Of a stretch of 64,000 bases of DNA, positions 31,697-41,363 are shown piece by piece. A model generated the notes under the pieces. The model was not told where the DNA came from and did not search any database. It saw nothing but the letters and a program-made list of their open reading frames with translations. A program made the position numbers and the translations under genes. The first letter of the stretch is position 1. Each line of letters begins with the position of its first letter. The DNA comes from Longimicrobiales bacterium (GTDB taxonomy: Bacteria > Gemmatimonadota > Gemmatimonadetes > Longimicrobiales > Gaopeijiaceae), in NCBI GenBank assembly GCA_965203485.1, contig OZ241892.1:2304001-2368000 (forward strand). Direction: 5' to 3'.

Positions 31697-32992
31697 ATGA
31701 GCCGCGCAGGGGTCGCCTGGTGGCCGCTTGGCCGCCGGTACCTCGCCGATCCCTACCCCGCGCTGCGCCGTTTGCGGGAAGCGGATCCCTGCCACTGCAG
31801 CGCTCTGGCCCAGCATTTCCTGGTGTCGCGCTACAGCGATGTCGACCGCGTCCTCCGGGATCACGAGCACTTCCGCAACGGCGAACGCCGGAGCCCGCCG
31901 GGCACGCCGGCACGTATTCGCCCAATGCACCACACGGACCCACCGGTCCACACGCGCTTGCGCCGTTTGGCCAACCAAGCGTTCAGCACGCGTCATCAAA
32001 TGGACATGGAGGACTACGTTCGCGCGACGGCGCACAAGTTGTTGGATCAAGCGGTTGCGGCGGGCGCATGTTTCGACTTGATGTCCACGTTCGCCAGACC
32101 ATTGCCCGTGCGGGTCATCGGAGGCATGGTCGGCTGGCCCGAGAGCGACTTCGCGGTCCTCCAGGGCTGGCTCGACAGCCGCCGCGCATACCACGAGAGC
32201 GGCGGCGCGGCGATGCGCACCATGTCGATAGCTCGGTTTCCTCCTCCGGCGGGCAGGTGCGCAAGGGAAGAATGGCGTGACATGATTCGCGTTGAGATCC
32301 GGTTCAGGCGGCGCCTCGCGGAACTTGTTGAACGGCGGCAAGCCGAGCCCCGGGACGACGTGGTCTCCAGGCTCGTCCGCGCAGGAAGCGAAGACGCCCA
32401 ACTCGACCTCCGCGAGACGCACGTCATGTTGCAGATGTTGCTCGAGATCGGCAACACGACAACCACGAACCTGATCGGCAACGGCCTGCTGGCTCTCTTG
32501 CGCCACCCGGAGCAAATGCAGCTGCTGCGCCAACGGCCAGCCTCCTCCCGGAACGCGGTCGAAGAGCTGTTGCGTTACGACGCGCCGGTACATGTGGACC
32601 TGCGCGTTTGCCGCGGAGACGCCGAAATCGCAGGCCGGCGCGTTCCGTCTGGTTCGCGGGTGGCCTTGCTCTTGGGCGGCGCCAACCACGATCCCGACAG
32701 GTTCGACCGGCCGGACGAACTGGACCTGACACGCCCTGCCAAGCGTCACGTCTCCTTCGGGCGCGGCATGCACCACTGCCTGGGCGCCCCGCTGGCGAGG
32801 TTGCAGGGCCGAATCGCCTTCGAAGTCTTGCTGGAGCGATTCGCCGACATCCGCCTGGCCGCCCGCCCGCCGATCTTCAGGCGCAACGTCATTTCGCGTG
32901 GCCTCAAGCACTTGGACGTTCGCGTGGCGCCGCGGCCTCCGGCCTTTCCGAAGAGCCGATCAGGAAAGTCTTCTCGGCCGCCCAGCGGCTGA
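31697..32992 (+). CDS. Cytochrome P450
   Basis: 'DPPVHTRLR', 'EELLRY' (ExxR), 'FGRGMHHCLG'. Confidence 0.96.
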   Translation: MSRAGVAWWPLGRRYLADPYPALRRLREADPCHCSALAQHFLVSRYSDVDRVLRDHEHFRNGERRSPPGTPARIRPMHHTDPPVHTRLRRLANQAFSTRHQMDMEDYVRATAHKLLDQAVAAGACFDLMSTFARPLPVRVIGGMVGWPESDFAVLQGWLDSRRAYHESGGAAMRTMSIARFPPPAGRCAREEWRDMIRVEIRFRRRLAELVERRQAEPRDDVVSRLVRAGSEDAQLDLRETHVMLQMLLEIGNTTTTNLIGNGLLALLRHPEQMQLLRQRPASSRNAVEELLRYDAPVHVDLRVCRGDAEIAGRRVPSGSRVALLLGGANHDPDRFDRPDELDLTRPAKRHVSFGRGMHHCLGAPLARLQGRIAFEVLLERFADIRLAARPPIFRRNVISRGLKHLDVRVAPRPPAFPKSRSGKSSRPPSG

Positions 32993-33249
32993 AGCTTGCC
33001 GGCCCTTGCCCGCAACTTCGCCGAGGCGGTGGCCATGGGTACGCAATGATTCGGCATCGGCACCTTCTAGCCCCGCGATGGTTGCTATGAGCCGGGCAGC
33101 GGCACGACCAAGCCCGGTCGTTGGCGTTTGGTGTTACGTTCCTGGTCATGTACACCCGATGCCAAACAGGGCCTGATGAACGTCGTCTCCCGCCAAGTTC
33201 CGTCGCGCAGGCGCCAAATCCGTTTGTCCGCGGGCTGCTAGGTGCGCAC

Positions 33250-33330
33250 CGCGACTGACGCGCCTCCCTTCACGATGGACGCCGACATCGGCCTTGGTGC
33301 CGGGGCCGCGCCACGCGTGCGCCGTCACGT
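33250..33330 (+). pseudogene. 5' remnant of a kinase A paralog
   Basis: 'TDAPPFTMDADIGLGAGA.P.VRRH' matches the kinase A N-terminus. Confidence 0.7.
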
Positions 33331-33348
33331 CATGCGCCAACTTTCACC

Positions 33349-34311
33349 GTGAACACCAAGGTCGGGACGCAGTGCGTGGCTAGGCCGGTGCCGTTCACCG
33401 TCGGCGCCGACCTCGACTTGGAGCGGGCGGGGCCGCATTGGTTGCGCGACCATGGCAGCGACGTGGCCATCCGGCACGGACCGGTACCCGAATCCTTGCC
33501 GAAGCCGACCTGGACCACTCCGCGGTGCCAGGGCGTCGAAGGCCGCTTGCTCTTCACCACGTGGAACGGCAGCCGCTTCCTGCTGGAGGGCGGCCGGAGC
33601 GTTCGCTACGCATGGCCGCCCGGCCAGGACGCCGCAACAATGAGGCGAATGGCGGAGAACACGATCTTGGGTCCCGTGTGGGCGATGCTAGCCATGCAAA
33701 GGGGTCTGCTTCCGATGCATGCCGGCGCCAACACGGCCCGCGCGGGAGACGAAGTCCATGCCTTCGCGGGGCCGTCCGGGGCGGGAAAGTCCACGATGGC
33801 CGCGGGACTGGCGGCACGCGGACATCCTTTTTTTTCCGACGACGTCTTGATCCTCGACCCGGCCTCGTTCAGCGAGTCCGCCCTCTGCTGGGGCCTTCCG
33901 CGACTGAGGTTGTGGCCCAGCGCCCTGACCATGCTCGGCGGGATCGAATCCGGCCCCCGCGTACGCTCGTTCAGCCCCGCCAAGAAGGCGGACGCCGACC
34001 CGCGACACGTGTCGGCCGTGCCGACCGGCCGCCTGCGAAGCTTGTTCGTGCTGGCAAACCGCGGCGGTGAGGCCGAGGCGAAGGCGATAAACGTTGAACC
34101 CCTACGCGGCGGCCGCGCCATCGGGGCGTGGATGGGCGCCGTCATGAGGCGACCGGTGGCGCGCGCGATGCTGGAACAGCGACAGTTGCTGGAATGGGCG
34201 GCGTCGGCGGTCAAGCAAGTGGACGTGTTTGCTTTGCGCCGCTCGATGGCGCACGAGCGCTTCGCCGACGACACCCGTTTCTTGGTGCAGATGCTGGATG
34301 GCGCCGCTTGA
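33349..34311 (+). CDS. HPr-kinase-like protein C (intact homolog of the cassette fragments)
   Basis: 'LPMHAGA', 'GPSGAGKST', 'FFSDD'; start may be GTG 33376. Confidence 0.88.
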   Translation: MNTKVGTQCVARPVPFTVGADLDLERAGPHWLRDHGSDVAIRHGPVPESLPKPTWTTPRCQGVEGRLLFTTWNGSRFLLEGGRSVRYAWPPGQDAATMRRMAENTILGPVWAMLAMQRGLLPMHAGANTARAGDEVHAFAGPSGAGKSTMAAGLAARGHPFFSDDVLILDPASFSESALCWGLPRLRLWPSALTMLGGIESGPRVRSFSPAKKADADPRHVSAVPTGRLRSLFVLANRGGEAEAKAINVEPLRGGRAIGAWMGAVMRRPVARAMLEQRQLLEWAASAVKQVDVFALRRSMAHERFADDTRFLVQMLDGAA

Positions 34312-34329
34312 ATCGACTCCAGCGGCAAC

Positions 34330-34745
34330 TGCGCGTCTGCATGCCCTAAGCCCCACAGGGCTCCGTTCCGCTTGCGGTGCGGTCTTCGGCTGGTGGTGGA
34401 TGGCGTTGGGGCAAGTCGACGCTGGCGGCGGCGTTGTCCGGGCGGGTTGTCCGCTTCGGCGACAGCGTCCCGATCGTCGACCAGGCCCGTGCGGAGGCGA
34501 TGCGCTGCGCTGACGTTGCTACGACCTGAAGCTGGGCCCGCGGGGCTTGGCGGCCGGCGGCCTCGGCGATCGGGAACGCAAGCCGGTGCGGGAGGCCGAG
34601 GACTGCGGGAAGTGGCATGTCGCACCGCATGCGCGGTCGCCTCGCGTGTCGGGGTTGTTGCGGACAGTGTAATTTCTTGAGTCGCACAGCTACCCGTCGA
34701 ACCAGGAGGACCGCATGAAATTCGAGCGCGTGGCTGCCAGCGCGG
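34330..34745 (+). pseudogene. Decayed central part of a kinase A paralog
   Basis: Frameshifted matches 'FRLRCGLRLVV', 'GKSTLAA', 'LKLGPRGLAA', 'KWHVAPHARSPRVSGLLRT'. Confidence 0.8.
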
Positions 34746-34764
34746 GCGGTTGCACCGACTCGAA

Positions 34765-36687
34765 ATGGCAGCGATAGCAGGCGTCTTTCAGCGCGACGGT
34801 TCGCCCGTGAAGGCCGACCGGTTCGCGAGAGTCGCGGACGCCTTGGCGCTGTTCGGTCCGCGACTGGACCAATGGCGCGAAGGACCGTCCGGCCTTCTCT
34901 GCCGAAGCGCGCCGGGCGTCCGGGCCGACCTGGGCGACTGCCGCCTTGTTAGGTGCGCGGGGGACGGCGTCGTGCTGTTCCACGGCCGTCTCCAAGCCCG
35001 CGACGAGCTGGCGGACGCGGTGCAGGCGAGCCGTGGGGCGGACGAGCTGGCGGACGCCGAGCTCTTCGCCCTGGCCTGGGATCGTTGGGATGAAGAGGCG
35101 CTCGAGAGAGCGCTGGGGAACTTCGCGGCCGTGGCCTGGGTTCCCGGTCGGCGCCGACTCCTGGCCTCCTGTTCGTCGATCGAGCCGCCGCCGCTCTACT
35201 ACTGGGTGGGCCGCGATTCGGCGGTCGTAGCCACGGCGCCACGAGGAGTGCTGGCGTGGAACGGACGCCCGCGCCGCTTGAACGACGAACACTTGGCCGC
35301 CTGTCTGGGCGGCGACCTGAGCGACGTGTCCGGAACCTGCTGGCACGACGTCGATTCTCTGCCTCCGGGCGAGACGCTGAGCGTGACTCCCACCGCGCAC
35401 AGGATCCGCCGCTGGCACGTCCTGGACGAGCTGGACGGCGGCCGCCCGAGCACTGTTTCGTCTGCCGACTGCGTCGAGGCGACCTGGGCGATGCTGCGCC
35501 GGGTGGTCGGCGACGCGGCGGCGGCCCCCGAGGCGACGGCGATCATGCTGAGCGGCGGCCTCGACTCGGCGGCCGTCGCCCTGGCGGCGCTCGACGTTCT
35601 GGCAGGGCCGGGCGCGGCGCCGCTCCTGTCGGTCACGATGCGTCCTGCGCCCGGGTGGGACAAGGCCGCGTTCCCGGGCGCGCTGACGGACGAGTGGCCC
35701 CTGGTTCGCGCGCTGGCGGAGATGCATCCGCGACTGGACGCGCGCTTTGCGGATGCCGCGAGCACGAGATGGGACTGCGGGTTGGAGCGCCGCTTCGAGC
35801 TCGCCGAAGCGCCGCCGGTGCGGTACATGGGCATCGCGTTTGACGGCGTTTGCCGCGAACTCGCCCGCGAGGAGGGCCGGCGCGTCCTCTTGGACGGCAG
35901 CGCCGGCAACGCCACGTTCAGCTTCGACGGCTGGCGGCGCCTGGCGGAGCTGTTGAGGGCCCGTAGCGCTCTCTCCCTCTGGAAGGAAGCGCGTGCCGCG
36001 CCCCGGCTGCTTTGGGGCCAAGCGCTCCTGCCGTTGTTGCCGACCGCAGTCCAGCGGTGGTTTCCGCATCGGCGTCATGGCCACCTGATAATGGGGGAGC
36101 GGACTGCCCTGCATCCGGCCTTCGCCCGTCGTGTCGACTTGGCCGAGGCGGCTAACGAGAGGCGCCAGCGCGCGCTGGCGAAGTCGGTCCGGGAGGCGCA
36201 GTGGGTCATGGTCAACGGATTCGCCGCGCAGTCGTGCGAAATCCGCTCGAACCTCTTGGCCTCGCAAGCCGCCCTGGGCGTTGCCAGGCGCGCGCCGTTG
36301 CGCGATCGCCGCTTCGTCGAATGGTGCCTGAGCCTTCCGTCCGCGCAGTACATGGAGAACGGCGTGACGCGGTTGCTGGCGAAGCGGATGTTGCGGGGCC
36401 GCGTGCCCGACGAGGCGCTCTCCGAGCGAAGAAGGGGGGTCCAGGACGCGGATTGGCATATGCGGCTGACTCCGGACATTCCCGCCATCCGAGAGGAGAT
36501 ACGGGAATGGAGGCGCGACCCGGCCGTGGCCGAACGACTAGACGTCGGGCGGCTGGCGCGGGTCTTGGAAAGGTGGCCGGATTGGGCTTCTTGGTTGCGG
36601 CGAGACCACCCGGACTGGCGGCTCGCCCGCAACCTGGCCGAGGCGGTGGCCATGGGCCGTTTCGTCCGGTGGGCGGAACGGACGTGA
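34765..36687 (+). CDS. Lasso cyclase (asparagine synthetase-like, C protein)
   Basis: N-terminal 'MAAIAG' without catalytic Cys, 'LSGGLDS', 'PLRDRRFVEWCL', 'RGVQDADW'; near B1/B2. Confidence 0.92.
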   Translation: MAAIAGVFQRDGSPVKADRFARVADALALFGPRLDQWREGPSGLLCRSAPGVRADLGDCRLVRCAGDGVVLFHGRLQARDELADAVQASRGADELADAELFALAWDRWDEEALERALGNFAAVAWVPGRRRLLASCSSIEPPPLYYWVGRDSAVVATAPRGVLAWNGRPRRLNDEHLAACLGGDLSDVSGTCWHDVDSLPPGETLSVTPTAHRIRRWHVLDELDGGRPSTVSSADCVEATWAMLRRVVGDAAAAPEATAIMLSGGLDSAAVALAALDVLAGPGAAPLLSVTMRPAPGWDKAAFPGALTDEWPLVRALAEMHPRLDARFADAASTRWDCGLERRFELAEAPPVRYMGIAFDGVCRELAREEGRRVLLDGSAGNATFSFDGWRRLAELLRARSALSLWKEARAAPRLLWGQALLPLLPTAVQRWFPHRRHGHLIMGERTALHPAFARRVDLAEAANERRQRALAKSVREAQWVMVNGFAAQSCEIRSNLLASQAALGVARRAPLRDRRFVEWCLSLPSAQYMENGVTRLLAKRMLRGRVPDEALSERRRGVQDADWHMRLTPDIPAIREEIREWRRDPAVAERLDVGRLARVLERWPDWASWLRRDHPDWRLARNLAEAVAMGRFVRWAERT

Positions 36688-36747
36688 GTTCGTTGACGCG
36701 GCGCTAGTTCGCCGCAACCACGACGTGGCGTCGCCCGCCAAGCCGAC

Positions 36748-36999
36748 TTGGATGCCCACGTCAAGCCCTGCTGGGCGACATGCCGCGGAAGGAACGCGGC
36801 GTTGCAGGAGGCCAGCACGGCCAAGTTGCCGCTGGTGCACGCCTACCCCGCCTACGGGCGCGTCAGGGCCGATCCGCAGGGACGCTTGTGGGTGGAGGAC
36901 TATCGCTTGCCCGGAGACGAAGCGCGGACATGGACGGTCTACGACGGCCAGGGATGCGTTCGCGAGGTGGTCGAGTTGCCGGAGGGCCTGGAGGTCTAC
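36748..36999 (+). pseudogene. C-terminal fragment of a 6-bladed beta-propeller protein
   Basis: 'YPAY..VRADPQGRLWV', 'WTVYDGQG', 'VELPEGLEV'. Confidence 0.6.
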
Positions 37000-37242
37000 C
37001 TAGTTGCAGAAAGGGCCTATTGTGTTGTCGGACGCCGTCTTGTTCGTGGCGCTGCCCGGCTCGAAGCAACCATCGCCAGGATACATGGCGCCGACGCCGA
37101 TTATCACGTGGCTGCGATTCAGCTTGGGCGGCGTCCGCCGGCGCTCTAGGATCCTTGGACGATCGGTCCCTCTGGGTCTGCACGCTCGCGTGACGCCAGA
37201 CCGCTCGACGAGCAGCTTGACGCCCCTGCTCGCCTTCCCCAT
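37000..37242 (-). CDS. Divergent lasso-type precursor A7 (GAMYPGDGCFEPGSATNKTASDNTIGPFCN)
   Basis: 'TPPKL', 'YPGxGCxEPGS..xKTxS', near-terminal Cys; AGGA SD before the ATG. Confidence 0.75.
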   Translation of the reverse strand: MGKASRGVKLLVERSGVTRACRPRGTDRPRILERRRTPPKLNRSHVIIGVGAMYPGDGCFEPGSATNKTASDNTIGPFCN

Positions 37243-37283
37243 TTTTTCCTGTGATCCCGTAGCCGTTGCCCGTCACCGCATCC

Positions 37284-37577
37284 ATGCCGATCACCGCCAA
37301 CACCAAGGTGCGACGCACGACCGACGACTTCGTGCAAGCGGAAGTGGACGACGAGCTCGTGCTGATGGACGTGGAGCGCGGCTTGTTCTACGGCCTCAAG
37401 GAGACGGGGCGGGCGGCGTGGGACTTGATGGACGAAGGTGCCGGTTGGCATTCGGTGGGCGCATTGGTCTCGTCGCTGTGTGGGGAATTCGAGGTGGACG
37501 AGGAAACATGCCTTCGGGACTTGGCCGCCTTGGTCGACGAGCTGGAAGAGGCGGGGCTCGTCGAAGTCGCCGAATAG
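37284..37577 (+). CDS. PqqD-family RRE (lasso B1)
   Basis: 'EVDDELVLMDVERGLFYGL.ETG..W', 'L..AGLV'. Confidence 0.92.
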   Translation: MPITANTKVRRTTDDFVQAEVDDELVLMDVERGLFYGLKETGRAAWDLMDEGAGWHSVGALVSSLCGEFEVDEETCLRDLAALVDELEEAGLVEVAE

Positions 37578-37618
37578 GACCCGCGGCTCGGGGTTCCGGC
37601 GTGGGGCAGGCGGGAGAG

Positions 37619-38725
37619 ATGGCGGCTCTCCTTGCGGGCGTGCGGCTGGGCTTTGCGTCGATGGCCCACGCCCGCATCCGAATGGACGCCGGCAGCTTCG
37701 AGCGAAACGCCGAAGCGCTGCAGCGAACGAGGGAATGGACGGCGCTGGCTTCCTTGGCCCAGCTCCATGGGGTGGCGGGCTTCGTATGGCAGGGCGTGCG
37801 CGCCGCTGGCGAGCTTGTTCCACCGTCCGCCGCGCGGCCGCTTCAAGTGGTTCGCGACCGGTTGGTGCGGCGCTCGGGGCGGCAACTGCACCAGTTGAAG
37901 CGGGCCGTGGACGTCCTTCGCGACCACGAGATTCCGTGTCTGGTCCTCAAGGGCCTGCCCCTGAGCCAGAGACTCTACGCGCACCCGTGGATCCGCGGGT
38001 CCGTGGACATCGACTTGATGATCCCGTCCGGCAGCATTCTGGCCGCGGACCGGGCGTTGGGGGCAGCCGGCTGGAACAGGAAGTACCCGGTGGTGCCGGA
38101 CCGCATGATTCGGAACCGCTGGCACCGCCGGTACGGACAGCACCTGGAGCTTCGGGGTCCGGCGGGCATGCTCGAACTGCACTGGCGGTATTCCCACCCT
38201 TCCTACCATCCGGCGACCTTCGAGACGCTTCATGCCCGTAGCCGCTCCGTGCGCGTGGGCAACGCGGCGTTCCCGGTGCTGGAGGACGACGACGACTTCA
38301 TGTTTCTGGCCGCCCACGGCGCGCGCCACTTCTGGAGCCGGCTAGTGTGGTTGTGCGACGTGGTCTTGGCGCTCGCCGGCATGGAACCGGACGGGGCCCG
38401 GCGCGCCTTCGCGAAGTGTGCCGACGCGGGCCTGGACGGAGCTCCGGCAACGGCGCTTCGGCTTGCCGGCGATTGGCTGGGCACGACGATTCCCGGCGTC
38501 CGTCCGGCCTCCCTGCGTGCCGGTCCGCGCCTCGTCGTCCGCCACGCGCCGCGGGGGTGGACCGGGACGCCGGAATCCAGGCTGAAACGACGGCTCCGGC
38601 GGAAGTTCGGCGCCCTGGCGGTCAAGCGAAACGCACGTGCGACCATGGAAGAGCTGGGGGCGTGGACGGCCAACTCGATCGTGCGATTCGCGCACCGCCG
38701 GGGCCAGAAAGGCCCGAGCGCATGA
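37619..38725 (+). CDS. Nucleotidyltransferase family protein (lasso-associated)
   Basis: 'LVLKG..L...LY', 'R.SVDIDL', 'LELHW', 'H..RL.WL.D'. Confidence 0.88.
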   Translation: MAALLAGVRLGFASMAHARIRMDAGSFERNAEALQRTREWTALASLAQLHGVAGFVWQGVRAAGELVPPSAARPLQVVRDRLVRRSGRQLHQLKRAVDVLRDHEIPCLVLKGLPLSQRLYAHPWIRGSVDIDLMIPSGSILAADRALGAAGWNRKYPVVPDRMIRNRWHRRYGQHLELRGPAGMLELHWRYSHPSYHPATFETLHARSRSVRVGNAAFPVLEDDDDFMFLAAHGARHFWSRLVWLCDVVLALAGMEPDGARRAFAKCADAGLDGAPATALRLAGDWLGTTIPGVRPASLRAGPRLVVRHAPRGWTGTPESRLKRRLRRKFGALAVKRNARATMEELGAWTANSIVRFAHRRGQKGPSA

Positions 38726-39213
38726 CGAGCCCGCCGCCAGCGAGCAACCGGCGTTGCCGCCTTGTCCGAACGTTCCTTCGCGCGCCGGCCGGCTTCAGCG
38801 TTGCGATCCTCGAGGCGGCGCTGTTCCTCTCAGTCGCCCGCGTCCTCGTCAAGTGGGTGCCCTTCGGCCGCTGGCGCCGCACCGTGGCCATGCGGGACGC
38901 GGCGCCCATGTCCAACGGCAACGCCCGCGCGGCCGACGCTCAGTCGATCGCCCGCGCTCGCAGGCTCGCTCGGGTCGTGCGCCGAGTCGCCCGCCTGATG
39001 CCCTTCGAGGCCGCTTGTCTTCCCCGGGCCGTCGCGCTTCAGTGGATGCTCCGCCGCAGGGGCGTCGCCAGCCGGCTGGTCCTCGGAGCCCGCCGCAATT
39101 TGGAGAACGACGAGCTTCAGTTGCACGCATGGCTCACGTCGCCCGGCGGCGTGGGGCTGATCGGCGCCCGCCAAGCAAGCCAGTACACGGCGCTCCCGAG
39201 CTTCGGCGACTGA
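38722..39213 (+). CDS. Lasso leader peptidase B2 (transglutaminase-like)
   Basis: 'CLPRAVAL..MLRRRG', 'LVLG', 'HAW'. Confidence 0.92.
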   Translation: MTSPPPASNRRCRLVRTFLRAPAGFSVAILEAALFLSVARVLVKWVPFGRWRRTVAMRDAAPMSNGNARAADAQSIARARRLARVVRRVARLMPFEAACLPRAVALQWMLRRRGVASRLVLGARRNLENDELQLHAWLTSPGGVGLIGARQASQYTALPSFGD

Positions 39214-39271
39214 CCCCGGAACCCCGGCCGGGCGACCAAGCCATCTTGCGCACCTGTCCTCAACCAAGAAT

Positions 39272-40168
39272 CTAGGCTTGGGGGCCAGCCCCCGCCATCA
39301 GCGCCGTGATGACCGCAACGGCGGCGACGTCTTGCTCGGACGCCCCGCGGGAGAGGTCGTTCGCGGGGGCGGCCAGGCCTTGCAGGATCGGCCCGAACGC
39401 CGCGGCGCCCGCGAGTCGCTGGACGAGCTTGTAGGCAATGTTGGCCGCGTCCAGGGTGGGGAAGACTAGGATGTTGGCTTCGCCGCGGACGGTCGAGCCG
39501 GGCCATTTCGAGCGGGCGACGGCGGGCGCCAGCGCCACGTCGGCCTGCATCTCGCCGCCGGAGGGGACGCCGGGGTGCGAATCGCGGAAGAGTCGGGCGG
39601 CCGCGCGCATCTTGTCGACGAAGGGACCTGCCGCGCTGCCTCGGGTCGCGTAGGACAGGAAGGCCACGACGGGGTCGTCGCCGACGACCAGGCGGCGCAG
39701 GCGCACGGCCTCGGCGGCGATCTCGGCGAGTTGGCCGGGACGGGGGTCGGGGACGACGGCGGGATCCGCGAAGGTGAGCACTTCGCGCCCGCGCCCGCGG
39801 AAGTCGTGCAGGTCGAGGAAGAAGCACGACGACAGCGTGCGCGCGCCTGCGCGCAGTCCAACATGGCGAAGCGCGGCCCGCGCGACCGCGGCCGTCGGGT
39901 GAACGGCTCCCGCCACGACTCCGTCCACTGCGCCGTCCGCCAGCATCCGCATGGCCTTGGCGAGCGTGTCCTCGGCGGAGGCGGAGCCGCTCTCGGCGTC
40001 GCCCAGCGCGTTCAGGAGGACAGGTTCCACGATGCCGCGGCGCTTCAAGGCGGCGGCGGCGCGGCGCACGCGCGGATCGGCGGCCTCGGGGAAGCCGATC
40101 CTGCGCCGGAGCGGAGCCGCCCGGGCCGCCAGGATCTCCGCAAACGACCGGGAGGCGCGTGCGGTCAC
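39272..40168 (-). CDS. pta: Phosphate acetyltransferase
   Basis: 'GEMQAD.AL', 'FPTLDAANIAYK', 'NDLSRG'. Confidence 0.9.
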   Translation of the reverse strand: MTARASRSFAEILAARAAPLRRRIGFPEAADPRVRRAAAALKRRGIVEPVLLNALGDAESGSASAEDTLAKAMRMLADGAVDGVVAGAVHPTAAVARAALRHVGLRAGARTLSSCFFLDLHDFRGRGREVLTFADPAVVPDPRPGQLAEIAAEAVRLRRLVVGDDPVVAFLSYATRGSAAGPFVDKMRAAARLFRDSHPGVPSGGEMQADVALAPAVARSKWPGSTVRGEANILVFPTLDAANIAYKLVQRLAGAAAFGPILQGLAAPANDLSRGASEQDVAAVAVITALMAGAGPQA

Positions 40169-40671
40169 CCCGGTTCGGACTTGGGCGATCCGCGCAGGCG
40201 GTCGAGCACGGGGGCGGACACGAAGCGGCTCACGTCGCCCCCCAGGGCCGCGACCTCGCGCACAAGCGACGCGGACAGGAAGGAATGCTCCACTTCGGGC
40301 GCGAGGAAGAGCGTCTCCATGTCGTTGCGCAGTTCGCGGTTCATCTGGGCCATCTGGAACTCGTACTCGAAGTCGGAGACCGCGCGCAGCCCGCGGATGA
40401 TGAAGCGGGCGCCGGCCCGTTCGGCGAAGTCCACCAGGAGACCCGAGAACGACACGCACTCGATGCGCGGCTCGGCGGCGAAGACCTGTTCCAGGAGCTC
40501 GAGGCGCTCGGCGATCGGAAAGAGCGGATTCTTCGCCTGCGACGACGATCCGGCCACGGCCACGACGAGGCGGTCGCAGAACCTGAGCGTCCGGCGGGCG
40601 ACGTCTTCGTGTCCCAGCGTCACCGGGTCGAAGGAGCCCGGATAGACGGCGACGATGGGGCGCACCGTCAT
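40165..40671 (-). CDS. coaD: Phosphopantetheine adenylyltransferase
   Basis: 'YPGSFDPVTLGH', 'RGLRAVSDFEYE'. Confidence 0.97.
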   Translation of the reverse strand: MTVRPIVAVYPGSFDPVTLGHEDVARRTLRFCDRLVVAVAGSSSQAKNPLFPIAERLELLEQVFAAEPRIECVSFSGLLVDFAERAGARFIIRGLRAVSDFEYEFQMAQMNRELRNDMETLFLAPEVEHSFLSASLVREVAALGGDVSRFVSAPVLDRLRGSPKSEPG

Positions 40672-40747
40672 GGCCCGGCGACGCGGCGGAGGAGTGCCCG
40701 CAGGCTGGCGGGGCGGCCGGACGCGGGCGGGGCGGCGTGCGCAGCGG

Positions 40748-41281
40748 TCATGGCGGGACGGCGAAGGAGCCGGTCAGGGCGGTGCGGCCGTACCGGCGGC
40801 GGACGGCGCGGGGGTCGTCCGGCAGGGCCTCCGCGGCGTCGTGCTCGATCCAAAGCTCGGAAGCGAAGGGCGCCCGCCGGTAGAGCGCGAGAAGTTGCGC
40901 GGCGAAGCCTCGCCCGTACGGGGGATCGGCGAGAGCCAGCTGGTAGCGGGGCGCGTCCCCGAGGCCGCGAAGATGCGCAACCGCGTCTCCGCGAATCACC
41001 GCGCAAGCGCCGCCTGCGCCCAAACGCCGGATGTTGCGCTCCAAAGCTCGCGCCGCGAAGGAGCTGCGCTCGACGAACGTGACGTGCGACGCGCCCCGGC
41101 TGAGCGCCTCCAGCCCCAGGGCGCCCGATCCGGCGAACAAGTCGGCGACGGCGGCGCCCGCCAAACGCGCGCCGAGGATCGACATCCACGCCTCGCGCAC
41201 GCGGTCCGCGGTCGGCCGCACGCGAACGCCGACGGCGGGCCGGATCCGCCGACCCTTCCATTTTCCTGCGATGATCCGCAC
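40748..41281 (-). CDS. rsmD: 16S rRNA m2G966 methyltransferase
   Basis: 'RIIAGKWKGR', 'RPTADRVRE', 'DLFAGSGALGLEALSRG', 'DPPY'. Confidence 0.95.
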   Translation of the reverse strand: MRIIAGKWKGRRIRPAVGVRVRPTADRVREAWMSILGARLAGAAVADLFAGSGALGLEALSRGASHVTFVERSSFAARALERNIRRLGAGGACAVIRGDAVAHLRGLGDAPRYQLALADPPYGRGFAAQLLALYRRAPFASELWIEHDAAEALPDDPRAVRRRYGRTALTGSFAVPP

Positions 41282-41363
41282 GTGCGGCTCCTGTGCAAGC
41301 GGCGCGGGCGCAACGGACGGCCGTTCCGGACGGCGGTCCACCGCGAACGACGGGAAGTGGCGG

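Noticed and set aside
34765..36687. Ordinary asparagine synthetase AsnB
   Set aside because: Lacks the N-terminal catalytic Cys and sits with B1, B2 and precursors
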